Positions 1-12,348 are shown, counted from the first letter of the stretch. The stretch: DNA of 64,000 nucleotides from Eledone cirrhosa (GCA_964016885.1 OZ024740.1:236778001-236842000); one strand, 5' to 3'. Notes: generated from the letters alone by a model not told the origin. Numbers and translations are program-made.

Positions 1-73
1 AAACAAATTAGTATATATACCTTGTACCAATAATACTACAAACATACAACGCAATATTACCAACAAACACCAA

Positions 74-1131
74 ATGAAATATACACACCTAAATGCCACT
101 CACACTATACCCAAAAATACCAACTTTAAACTTAATTTCTCTAACTCTTCTAATATAGAATATAATAACTTTCAAAAAACCATTCATCCTAATATTCCAA
201 TATATGTTAATAACAAAATTCCTAATAATAAGGTTAAAACACCTAAATCAATGAATCTAACTAAAAATATGTGTAATAAAATCACTAATACTAATTCTCT
301 TAATAAACATCAGGATACATCGTATAAAAATAAAAAACATCGAAACCGTAATAGACGAGTTACTTGGTATAATGCTCCATTTAATCTACAAATTAAAGAT
401 AATATACCTAAAAAATTTTTTACTATCCTAGAGAAAAACTTCTCGCCAAACCATAAATACCATCAAATTTTAAATAGATCAACGGTCAAATTCTCCTACT
501 CAACAACCAAAAATATACAACAAAATATAAGTGCCTATAATGCATATAAATGTAAAAAAAAAACATGAATATACCACCAATACATCAAACTAACCATAAT
601 ACTAAAATAAACCACAGCAAACCACCATCTCATTCACATAAGACAAGTCGAGAAAATTCCACACCTAATTTGACTATCTCCTCTGATACAACATTCACGA
701 AAGGTTGCAACTGTAGAAACAAAGCAAATTGCCCATTAAAAGGAAATTGCCTTATTAATAACATAGTATATAAATGTAAAATTAACACTAAGGACTCAAC
801 TTATTCATATATAGGAGCAACTTCTAACCAATTTAAAGTAAGATTTAATACCCACAAACACAGTTTTAAAAATGCCGCATTAGCTAATACAACATCCTTA
901 CCTGAAATAATTAATAATTATAGAAAAAAGAATATTGATTATAACCTGACCTGGAGTGTGCTCAAAAGGGCCACCCCTTATCAAAATAATAGATATGAAT
1001 GTAGATTATGTTCCCAGGAACTTTTTGAAATAATGAAATCTAAGGATATCCTATTAAATAAGCGACAAGAATTAATTATATCATGTAATCATAAAATTAG
1101 AAGAACTTTTAAATATTATAAACCTAATTAA
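74..1131 (+). mobile_element. Penelope-like retroelement, C-terminal ORF region (RT thumb + GIY-YIG endonuclease), frameshifted; Naiad-like
   Basis: ORF 74-568 has the PLE-type RRVTWYNAPF...ILNRSTVKFSYS block. ORF 565-1131 has CNC-x5-C-x5-C, IVYKC...YIGAT...FKVRFNTH (GIY-YIG), CRLC and LLNKR. The frameshift lies in the A-run at ~554-563. Clade assignment is from recall. Confidence 0.85.
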
Positions 1132-1873
1132 TATACACTTTACAAATTATTATAATAAATTTTTTTTTTAAATTAGTTAACCTATAATTAATATTCTACT
1201 ACTAATGAACAGCATAATTTTATTTCCCTTTTACAGCTATCTTTTCCTAAAATTTATACCAAGAAGTATACATATAAACTATTTTAATTTCAGGTTATGA
1301 ATCTATATTCCTTGTAATCTATATCAATTTGTTATTTCTCACTAATACATTTATCCCCCCCCCCCCCGCACAATTATTATTGTTATTTTTTTTTTCTTTT
1401 CCCTTCGTTTTTAACAACATTCTTCAATTACATCTAACTCTTATTTATCATATCTATATGAATTAATATAAATTTATCAATATAAATATACCTATCAATT
1501 AAATTAATTTATTTTCTTTTTATAGATGTAAATTCCTTGTTTTAAATAAGATTGATATTTTTCACTAACACATTTTTCATAAAATTTTATTCTCCTTAGA
1601 TTTTAACATTAGCATTATTCTTTTATAACATCAAATTTCCGTGTACTTTTCACCGGCTTGACCTATTTTCATCCCCAAAGTAATCTTTTCATTCAAAATA
1701 CTCTTTCCATTCAAAACTGAAGTCTGCTTTCCTCTACCCCTAAATTAAATTTCTATTACTACTATTCTATCATCTTGACCACTTACTACCTTTCTATTGG
1801 TCAATTCAAAACCTGTTCCCAAACAGACCTATTATATTAAATCTTTGTTGTTTTTTTTTTCAATAAACAAATA

Positions 1874-2011
1874 TCATTATTTCTGAAGACAGCATATATA
1901 TGTGTAGGTATGTATATTCCCTCTGATAGTTTGTAAAAATTTTACATAGATCTATATGATATACATACCAACACACACATATATATCCTAGAAACGATCG
2001 TAAAATGATGA
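1874..2011 (+). ncRNA. Type I hammerhead ribozyme candidate in the PLE 3' region, with extended stem II
   Basis: CTGAAGA at 1883-1889; GAAAC-GATC-GTA at 1991-2002 (palindromic minimal stem III); 9-bp stem I TCATTATTT/AAATGATGA; long imperfect stem II whose base is mismatched. Confidence 0.7.
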
Positions 2012-2083
2012 ATTTTTTAATATAAGGAACTGTCTCTTTGTTTTTATTCATTATTTTTATTAATTTATATATATATATAATGT

Positions 2084-2861
2084 CATCATCATCATCATCA
2101 ACGTTTAATGCCCGTGTTCCACGCTTGCATGGGTTTGGACGGGGGTTTTCCCACTTGAGGCAAGAGTGATTGTCTTGCTCGCATAGGACTGTCTGGCAGG
2201 TTTTCTACAGTTGGATGCCCTTCCTAACACCAACCACATTTACAGTGTGGGTCTGGGAGGTTTTTACCGTGTTGCCTACACGGCCACATTACAGCGTGGA
2301 CTGTGTGTTTTTTTGTCGTGACACCTACACGATCTCATTTGTTTCGGCCTGGATGGTGTGGCACCAACATAACTTTACATAGAAGGGGGGCGGTGTGGAT
2401 GGGGTGGGACGGGGGTGTATTTTGTTAGAGATGCCTACTGACTGTAGTAGGTTTTACTATTTTTTTAGGTAAGGCGGGTCTTCTCTATTACTGAGTACCG
2501 CCAAAGGTCTCGGTCCAGTGACATTGTCTTGGTGAGGTGTAAGTGTGTGAGGTCGGAGTTTATCAGCTCGTCCCAGGTTTTTCTAGGTCTGCCTATTCTA
2601 TCTTTATTGCCCTGCACTTTGTTATACAGCTATCGACTTTCATGCGCATCACGTGTCCATACCAACGTAGCCTTCTCTCGAGTAAACAACATCTGATCCC
2701 TCTTATTTCTAATTTTTTCCTTAGTTCGTTTATGCTTTGCCGTTCACGTATATTACTATTACACATCCAGCGGAGCATGCAAGCTTCGTTCCTCTCTAGT
2801 CTGCGTATATCCTCTGCACACAATGCCCAGGTCTCACTGCCATGCAACATTGCTGTTCGTA
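2084..2861 (-). mobile_element. RTE-clade LINE family 1, 5'-truncated copy
   Basis: RT C-terminus [11 protein letters not shown]...[12 protein letters not shown], ~400-nt 3' UTR and (GAT)n tail; near-identical to the 3' part of 3058-4746. Confidence 0.92.
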
Positions 2862-2972
2862 ATATGTATATATATATATATATATATATAATGTATATAT
2901 ATATATAATGTATATATATATATATAATGTATATATATATATATAATGTATATATATATATATATATATATA

Positions 2973-3012
<40 letters not shown>

Positions 3013-3057
3013 TATATATATATATACATTATATATATATATATATATATATAATGT

Positions 3058-4746
3058 TCCATATCTGGTGGTCTCTTAGAAAACTAGGTGTTGACGAATG
3101 GCTTGTGAGAGCTATACAAGCCATGTATAAAGAAACAGTCAGTAAGGTTAGAATTAACAACGAATATAGTGAAGAGTTTAGCATAAAAGTTGGTGTCCAT
3201 CAGGGCTCTGTACTTAGCCCCCTACTATTTATTATTGCCCTTCAGGCTATAACAGAGGAGTTCAAGACCGGCTGCCCATGGGAACTCCTATACGCAGATG
3301 ATCTAACGCTCATAGCTGAATCAATGACCGAACTAGAGAAGAAATTCCAAACGTGGAAGCACGGCCTAGAATCAAAAGGCCTTAAAATTAACCTGGCTAA
3401 GACTAAAGTTCTAGTTTGTAGGAAAGAAAATAAGGCGGCGGTCCCATCGGGGAAATGGCCATGCTCAGTGTGTAGGAAAGGCGTAGGTAGAAACTCCATT
3501 TTATGTCCCAAATGCAAAGTATGGGTGCATAAAAGATGTAGTGGGATCACAGGTAAGCTAACTAAGAACATAGATTTTACATGTGGCCGGTGCTCTGGTG
3601 CAATAAGTAGCAGCAAGTGCCCACAAAATACTAGCTCCTTCAACTGCGCAGAGGGTTCTATAGAAATAGTGGACAGCTTCCGTTATCTGGGTGACAAAAT
3701 CAGCAGTGGGGGAGGGTGCTCTGAAAGTACAGTAGCTAGAGTCAGAACTGGATGGAAAAAGTTCAGAGAGCTTATACCACTATTAGCCGCTAGAGGGTTC
3801 TCCCTAAAAATGAAAGGCAGGTTATACGATGCCTGCATACGAACAGCAATGCTGCATGACAGTGAGACCTGGGCATTGTGTGCAGAGGATATACGCAGAC
3901 TAGAGAGGAACGAAGCTTGCATGCTCCGCTGGATGTGCAATAGTAATATACGTGAACGGCAAAGCATAAACGAACTAAGGAAAAAATTAAAAATAAGAGG
4001 GATCAGATGTTGTTTACTCGAGAGAAGGCTACGTTGGTACGGTCACGTGATGCGCATGAAAGACGACAGCTGTATAACAAAGTGCAGGGCAATAAAGATA
4101 GACGGTAGCCACGGAGTAGGCAGACCCAGAAAAACATGGGACGAGCTGATAAATTCCGACCTCACACGCTTACACCTCTCCAAGACAATGTCACTGGACC
4201 GAGACCTTTGGCGGTACTCAGTAATAGAGAAGACCCGCCTTACCTAAATACAAAGTAAAAACCTACTACAGTCAGTAGGCATCTCTATCAAAACACACCC
4301 CGTCCCACCACCTCCACCCCACCCACACCGCCCCTTTCAATGTAAAGTTATGTTGGTCCCACAACATCCAGGCCGAAACAAATGAGATCGTGTAGGTGTC
4401 ACGACAAAAAACACACAGTCCACGCTGTAAATGTGGCCGTGTAGGCAACACGGTAAAAACCTCCCAGCCCCACACTGTAAATGTGGTTGGTGTTAGGAAG
4501 GGCATCCAGCTGTAGAAAACCCGCCAGACAGTCCACGCTGTAATGTGGCCGTGTAGGCAACATGGTAAAAACCTCCCAGCCCCACACTGTAAATGTGGTT
4601 GGTGTTAGGAAGGGCATCCAACTGTAGAAAACCCGCCAGACAGTCCTATGCGAGCAAGACAACCACTCTTGCCTCAAGTGGGAAAACCCCCGTCCAAACC
4701 CATGCAAGTGTGGAACACGGACGCTAAACCTGATGATGATGATGAT
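3058..4746 (+). mobile_element. RTE-clade LINE family 1, 5'-truncated, RT ORF open to stop at 4247
   Basis: GVHQGSVLSPLLF, LLYADDL, Cys-rich insert (CSVC...CPKC...HKRC...CGRC), GRPRKTW; 3' UTR with tandem duplication; (GAT)n tail. Confidence 0.95.
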
Positions 4747-5018
4747 AATGTATATATATATATATAATGTATATATATATATAATGTATATATATATATA
4801 ATGTATATATATATATAATGTATATATATATATAATGTATATATATATATAATGTATATATATATATAATGTATATATATATATAATGTATATATATATA
4901 TATAATGTATATATATATATATAATGTATATATATATATATAATGTATATATATATATATAATGTATATATATATATATAATGTATATATATATATATAA
5001 TGTATATATATATATATA

Positions 5019-5049
<31 letters not shown>

Positions 5050-5108
5050 ATGTATATATATATATAATGTATGTATATATATATATATAATGTATATATA
5101 TATATATA

Positions 5109-5139
<31 letters not shown>

Positions 5140-5156
5140 ATGTATATATATATATA

Positions 5157-5187
<31 letters not shown>

Positions 5188-5970
5188 ATGTATATATATA
5201 TATAATGTATATATATATATAATGTATGTATATATATATATAATGTATATATATATATATATAATGTATATATATATATATATAATGTATATATATATAT
5301 ATAATGTATATATATATATATATAATGTATATATATATATATATATAATGTATATATATATATATATATAATGTATATATATATATATAATGTATATATA
5401 TATATATATAATGTATATATATATATATATAATGTATATATATATATAATGTATATATATATATATATAATGTATATATATATATATATATAATGTATAT
5501 ATATATATATATATAATGTATATATATATATATATATAATGTATATATATATATATATATAATGTATATATATATATATATATAATGTATATATATATAT
5601 ATATAATGTATATATATATATATAATGTATATATATATATATAATGTATATATATATATATATATAATGTATATATATATATATATATAATGTATATATA
5701 TATATATAATGTATATATATATATATAATGTATATATATATATATAATGTATATATATATAATGTATATATATATATATAATGTATATATATATATATAA
5801 TGTATATATATATATATAATGTATATATATATATATAATGTATATATATATATATAATGTATATATATATATATAATGTATATATATATATAATGTATAT
5901 ATATATATATAATGTATATATATATATATATAATGTATACATATATATATAATTAATATATATATGTATA

Positions 5971-6005
<35 letters not shown>

Positions 6006-6022
6006 GTATATATATATATATA
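4747..6022. repeat. (TA)n array punctuated by AATG
   Basis: ~1.3 kb of (TA)n units each interrupted by ATAATGT; same type at 2862-3057 and 12006-12790. Confidence 0.97.
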
Positions 6023-6155
6023 TTAGGAAGGGCATCCAACTGTAGAAAACCTGCCAGACAGTCCTATGCGAGCAAGACAATCACTCTTGCCTCAACTGGG
6101 AAAACCCCCGTCCAAACCCATGCAAGCGTGGAACACGGACGTTAAACGTTGATGA

Positions 6156-6159
<4 letters not shown>
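6023..6159 (+). mobile_element. RTE family 1 3'-end stub
   Basis: Matches the last ~135 nt of the RTE-1 3' UTR including the GAT tail. Similar stubs at 7991-8255 (-) and 40299-40506 (+). Confidence 0.9.
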
Positions 6160-6192
<33 letters not shown>

Positions 6193-6282
6193 GTATAGTA
6201 ATAATAATAAATTTGAAGACTAAAATCCAAAGAGGGCTCGATAAGGATAAATATATATCAAATATATAAGAACCGTAGAGCA

Positions 6283-7634
6283 AATATTTATTAAAATAAC
6301 AGATTAAAGTTTAAGCAAAGAATCGCTGCTTTCACCCTTAACGGGATCTTCTGAAACTAACAAAGTCAATCTGTAAACGCAGAACTGGATATTTCAAAAA
6401 ACGTTGCAACCGGAGGAAGACAGGAAGACGATACTTTGGTTCGTGGAAACGTTCGCTGGCAAAGAACGGGTAAAAACGAATAATACGTCATTAATAGGAG
6501 CGGTGAAAAACAATTACGCGCAAAGACAGAACCACATCCTAAACAAAAAATGTGAGGCAATTTCGGCTTGTAAACATAAATTGCACAAAACTTTCCTGTA
6601 TTACAGCCCCACGTTATACCCTAACGGATAGTACGATCTATACGTGGATATTTTACGTCTTGATGTGGGAGCTAAGTATATGTTTTGTTTATTCCTTTAC
6701 TTATTTGCATAGGTAAGTATATATTACCCGTATGTTTTGTGAAGGTACGTATACCTTCTCGTACGTATATTTGATTGTTATGGCGTATAATTTTATATAT
6801 TCTGGTACATAGGGTTTGGCTTTGTGTATACGGGAGTTTTGCGTCTGTGTGAGTATGCAGGTTCGTACGTATGGTGGGTGTGTGTATATGTGTACTTCTT
6901 GGTTTAGTTGACTTACGTCTCCAAACATTCGTGTATTTATATGTAGGTATGTGTGTGCGCTTGTTATATACGTATTTATTTATTTATATATGTTTATATA
7001 ATTATTTATTTATTTGTATACACGCATACACACACACACATATTTATATGTGCGTGGTTTTGTATACCTATGGTAAGGTTTTGCGTATGCTTGTGTATGT
7101 ACATATTTGTTTGCATGTATGTATTTATTTATTTCTATTACCTCTGTATTGTATTTATTTACTTTGTTCTTAACTCTGTAGCGGAGATTCATTCGGTCTC
7201 CTAGTTAGAATTTAGTCTACGACTTCAGCTATACCATTTATGTGGTTTTGTCTTTGCGTGCTATTGTTCTCCACGCTCCACATATGACGTATTATCTTCG
7301 TTTTTTCGTTCATTGCCAGAGAACGTCTCTATGCACCACCTAAGAGAACATTAGTCTACGACCTCTTTTGTACCATAAACGTGGTTCTGTCTTTGCGCGT
7401 AATTGTTTTTTCACCGCTCCTATTAATGACGTATTATTCGTTTTTTCCCGTTCTTTGCCAGCAAACGTTTCCACGAACCAAAGTATCGTCTTCCTGTCTT
7501 CCTCCGGTTGCAACGTTTTTTGAAATATCCAGTTCTGCGTTTACAGATTGATTTTGTTAGTTTCAGAAGATCCCGTTAAGGGTGAAAGCAGCGATTCTTT
7601 GCTTGAACTTTAATCTGTTATTTTTAATAAATAT
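6283..7634. mobile_element. Element bounded by ~250-bp inverted repeats (inverted PLE pseudo-LTR or foldback element)
   Basis: 6283-6535 is the near-exact reverse complement of 7381-7634; diverged tandem copy of the inner arm at ~7212-7330; TG-rich interior; no coding homology recognised. Confidence 0.7.
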
Positions 7635-7643
7635 ATATAATGT

Positions 7644-7916
7644 CATCATCATCATCATCATCCATTTCATTTTACGTCTGCTTTTCCCTGCTTGCAAGGG
7701 TGGGACGGGAACTGATTCTGGCTTGATTCTACAGCTGGATGCCCTTCCTAACACCAACCTCATTTACAGTGAGTGCTGGGTGCTTTTTTTCCGTGGCACC
7801 TCCACGACCACTCTACAGTGGAATGATAGGGACCCCAGTCCCTATCATCTCATTTCTACAGCTGAGTAAACTGGAGCAATGTGAAATAAAGTGTCTTGCT
7901 CAAAAGAAACAACACA
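7644..7916 (-). mobile_element. CORE-SINE (SINE-A), head truncated
   Basis: Same body as 8476-8816 in reverse orientation; (GAT)n tail. Confidence 0.88.
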
Positions 7917-7937
7917 TATGTAATGTATATATATATC

Positions 7938-7973
<36 letters not shown>

Positions 7974-8266
7974 GTATATATATATAAATATCATCATCAT
8001 CATCAACGTTTAACGTCTGTGTTCCACGCTTGCATGGGTTTGGACGGAGGTATTCCCACTTGAGGCAAGAGTGATTGTCTTGCTCGCATAGGACTGTCTG
8101 GCAGGTTTTCTACAGTTGGATGCCCTTCCTAACACCAACCACATTTACAGTGTGGTCTGGGAGGTTTTTACCGTGTTGCCTACACGGCCACATTACAGCG
8201 TGGACTGTGTGTTTTTTTGTCGTGACACCTACACTATCTCATTTGTTTCGGCCTGATATATATATA

Positions 8267-8446
8267 TAATTGTTTCTACTTTAGGCACAAGGCCAGCAAT
8301 TATCCAGTACATTACTGTACTTTATTTTATCAGCCCCGTAAGGATGAAAAGCAAAGTTAACCTCGGCGGGATTTGAACTCCAGACTGTAAAGGGACGTAA
8401 CTATGCTAGAAAGCATGGCGTCCAACCCTCTACCGATACTGCCAAT
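8267..8446 (-). mobile_element. tRNA-derived SINE-B
   Basis: Reverse complement of the family seen at 23888-24076. Confidence 0.85.
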
Positions 8447-8475
8447 TATATAATGTATATATATATAAATATATA

Positions 8476-8816
8476 GGCACATGGCTTAGTGGTTAGAGCA
8501 TTGGCCTTGCAATCGAAAGGTTGTGAGTTCAATTCTCAGACCAGGTGATGTTGTTGTTTCCTTGAGCAAGACACTTTATTTCACATTGCTCCAGTTTACT
8601 CAGCTGTAGAAATGAGATGATAGGGACTGGGGTCCATATCATTCCACTGCAAAGTGGTCGTGGAGGTGCCACGGAAAAAAAGCACCCAGCACTCACTGTA
8701 AATGAGGTTGGTGTTAGGAAGGGCATCCAGCTGTAGAAATCAAGCCAGAATCAGTTCCCGTCCCACCCTTGCAAGCAGGGAAAAGTGGACGTAAAATGAA
8801 ATGATGAAATGATGAT
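8476..8816 (+). mobile_element. tRNA-derived CORE-SINE (SINE-A) with RTE-derived tail, full length
   Basis: A box TGGCTTAGTGG, B box GAGTTCAATTC; CCTTGAGCAAGACACTTTA...CTCCAGTTTACTCAGCTGTAGAAATG aligns by eye to the MIR CORE domain; last ~40 nt match the RTE family 2 3' end. Confidence 0.88.
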
Positions 8817-8834
8817 ATATATATATAATGTATG

Positions 8835-8882
<48 letters not shown>

Positions 8883-8902
8883 CAGACATTATATATATAT
8901 AT

Positions 8903-9274
8903 ATCGTATACAAATGCGATGTCATCTCAGGCACCGATGATTGCAATAACAAAAAAACTTACATCGGCATGACTTCCAATAATTTTAAGACCCGTTGGTA
9001 TGCCCATACCCACTCCTTCAGGAGACCGGACAAATCAAACCAGACAACACTCGCCTCCTATGTTTTGGGACCTCAAAAGGAACTCCACTCCCTTCACGCT
9101 TAAATGGAAAATACTCCAGAAAGCGCGCTCTTACAACGGAGGACACAAGGGCTGCGACCTTTGTATCTCAGAGAGCTACAAAACTTATTCGCCAAGGGCC
9201 CGCTACTGAACAAACTCTCTGAACACTGCCCGAACTACATGCACAAGAACTTTGCAACTTTCAAACACTTTTAA
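8903..9274 (+). mobile_element. Second Penelope-like GIY-YIG endonuclease fragment, frameshifted
   Basis: IVYKCDV...TYIGMTSNNFKTRWYAHTHSF...TTLASYV / WDLK...LKWKIL...GCDLCISE; homologous to ORF 565-1131; begins directly in (TA)n. Confidence 0.85.
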
Positions 9275-9469
9275 GCCAGTGTTAAAGCCCGATGGCTAAA
9301 AACGACCTCCTCCTTTTAGCCCCTCTACCTCCTTCTCACCCTACCCCACCTCTCTCAACCTGAAATACGGCCACTATGGTTGTGAGTACCTCTTACCTAT
9401 CTGCATTTTCTGCCTGTAGAGCTGTTTTTATGTGCCTGTGTATATGCGTATATTTATTGAGTACTTATT

Positions 9470-9491
9470 TGTATGTGTATATATATATATA

Positions 9492-9526
<35 letters not shown>

Positions 9527-9870
9527 TTGTATCTGTGTATGTATATGTATGGGTATATGTTTATGTGTGTGTATATATATGTGTATATATATATATATGT
9601 GTATATATATATATATATGTATATATATATGTATATATATATATGTATATATATATGTATATATATATATGTATATATATATGTATATATATATGTATAT
9701 ATATATATGTATATATATATGTGTATATATGTATATATATATATGTATATATATATGTGTATATATGTATATATATGTATATGTATATATAATATATGTA
9801 TATATATATATGTATATATATATATGTATATATATGTATATATATGTATATATATATGTATATATATATG

Positions 9871-9901
<31 letters not shown>

Positions 9902-10066
9902 GTATGTATATATGTATGTATATATGTATGTATATATGTATATATATATATATATGTATATATAATATATATATGTATATATATATGTGTGTGTGTGTGT
10001 ATTGTTTATATGTGTATATGTATGTTTGTGTGTGTGTATATGTCTGTGTGTATGTATGTATGTATT

Positions 10067-10097
<31 letters not shown>

Positions 10098-10163
10098 ATT
10101 GTTTATATGTGTATATGTATGTTTGTGTGTGTGTATATGTCTGTGTGTATGTATGTATGTATT

Positions 10164-10198
<35 letters not shown>

Positions 10199-10305
10199 AT
10201 ATTGTTTATATGTGTATATGTATGTTTGTGTGTGTGTATATGTCTATATGTATGTATGTTTGTATGTGTATATATGTATATATGTGTGTGTGTATATATT
10301 TATGT
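9470..10305. repeat. Compound (TA)n/(TG)n microsatellite
   Basis: Directly visible; includes about three ~100-bp higher-order copies from ~9985. Confidence 0.95.
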
Positions 10306-10307
10306 AC

Positions 10308-11353
10308 TATGTCCGCTTTTCCCTGCTTGCAAGGGTGGGACGGGTCTTATTCAGCACAGCATCTCTCCACTCGTCACGGTCCCTTCGTCATCTCCACCGT
10401 GAGCTTCAATGATCTGAGGTCTGTTCTCACCACCTCCGCCCATGTTTTTCGTGGTCTACCTCTACCACGTCTTCCTTCAACTGGCATTTCCTGTCACTTC
10501 TTCACCCATCGGTCATCCTCCATGCGCATCACATGTCCATACCACCTCAGTCTCCTCTCCCGTACACTACATTCTATCCCTCTCAGACACAGTTTCTCTC
10601 TCAACACATTTATGCTGGGTCGTTCACGCACATTTACACTGCACATCCAACGGAGCATGCTTGCCTCATTTCTCTCCAGCCGTCGCATATCCTCTGCAGT
10701 TGCTGCCCATGTCTCACTACCATGCAGCATCGCGCTCCTCACACAGGCATCATACAACCGGCCCTTTCGTACGCAGGGAGAAACCCTTCTTCATCAACAG
10801 AGGAAGCATCTCCCTAAACTTCTTCCAACCCGTCCTTATTCTCGATACTATGGCCTCGGAACACCCTCCTCCCATGCTAATCTGATCTCCTAGGTACCGG
10901 AAGCTATCCACCACTTCTATAGCGCCCTCCTGCATTTGAAAAAATGTGTCTAACAATGCGACTTCTACTGTCTAATTTCCCTGTACATCTACTGCATACA
11001 TATTTCTCCCTACCTGTTAGTTTGCCTGCTATCCCGCTACATCTCTTGTGTATCCAGGATCTGCATTGTGTGCATTTTATAGAATTTATGTCAGTTCCTT
11101 TTCTGCATATCGAACATGGCCATTTCCCTGACGGAATCAGGGTTTTGTCCTCTTTTCTACTCATCAACACTTTTGTCTTAGCTAGATTCACTCTCAGTCC
11201 CTCTTGCTTCCAACTGCTGTTTCCATAGCCAGAATTTATTCTCTAGCTCCTCTACTGATTCTGCTATAAGAACCAGATCGTCAGCATAGAGAAGTTGCCA
11301 TGGACAGCCAGTCTTAAACTCATCTGTTATGGCTTGGAAGACTATAATGAACA
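10308..11353 (-). mobile_element. RTE-clade LINE family 2, 5'-truncated
   Basis: LLYADDL region through [16 protein letters not shown] and [12 protein letters not shown], in frameshifted ORFs; near-identical to ~40575-41650. Confidence 0.93.
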
Positions 11354-11809
11354 GAGTTTAAATATAAATTAAAATAAAAATAATACATATATTATGTATT
11401 ATTTTTATTTTTATTTTTATTTATATTTAAACTCTTAATAGGTGTTAGTTTGGGTTTGTATAGATGGATATGTGTATTGATATATATATGTATATGTATA
11501 TGTGTACATATGTATATGTATATGTATGTTTATTGGGCCTTTTAATATTATTATTATTATCATTATCAATTATATTATATTATATTATATTATATTTAGT
11601 ACCGTAATTCTCGCTTTATATCACCACTTGTGTTTAGCTTTAGTTTTTGCATTGTACTATATTTGTAATATGGTTCAAAATGTTATTCACTTCCTTAGCA
11701 ATTTTTACTTGATAATTTTTACTTGATAATTTTCCTATGCTTTAATGTATGTATACTCCCATATTCTTCTGAGTTTTTGGCTTGTATTGGCCGATAGTGC
11801 TTCTTATAG

Positions 11810-11863
11810 CTTTACTTGCCCTGATGAGTCCTTAATAGGACGAAAGATTGTTGGCTAATAAAG
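11810..11863 (+). ncRNA. Minimal hammerhead ribozyme candidate (PLE type), stem III degenerate
   Basis: CTGATGA 11821-11827, perfect 5-bp stem II GTCCT-TAAT-AGGAC, GAAA 11842-11845, GTT triplet, stem I CTTTACTTGCC/GGCTAATAAAG (9 of 11 paired). Confidence 0.7.
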
Positions 11864-12317
11864 ACTTTTGATGTATTGAAGGCTTCTTTGGTTTATTTCT
11901 TAATTCTTTGGCTCTGTTTAATTACATTGAGCTATACCTTTACTGTCATTTCTATAATATTAAGAGGGTGTTTAACTCCAACACACTCTAGTATTTTAAT
12001 TCTTATATATATAATGTATATATATGTATATATGTATATATATGTATATATGTATATATATATATATATATAATGTATATATTGTATATTATATATATAA
12101 TGTATATATATGTATATATATATATAATGTATATATATATATAATGTATATATATATATAATGTATATATATGTATATATGTATATATATAATATATATA
12201 TATATATGAACTTTTTTTGTTTAATATAAGGAACTGTTTCATTGTTTTATTCATTATTTTTTAAATATTTTATATATATATATATATATATAATGTATAT
12301 ATATATATATATATATA

Positions 12318-12348
<31 letters not shown>

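Noticed and set aside
565-1400. Selenocysteine recoding or SECIS in the PLE
   Set aside because: No in-frame TGA at Cys positions and no SECIS-like stem recognised.
3242-3967. Antisense ORFs over RTE copies
   Set aside because: They are shadow frames of the RT coding strand and recur only because the LINE is repeated.
8476-8550. tRNA gene
   Set aside because: A and B boxes are present, but the sequence continues into CORE and LINE-derived tail in every copy, so it is a SINE head.
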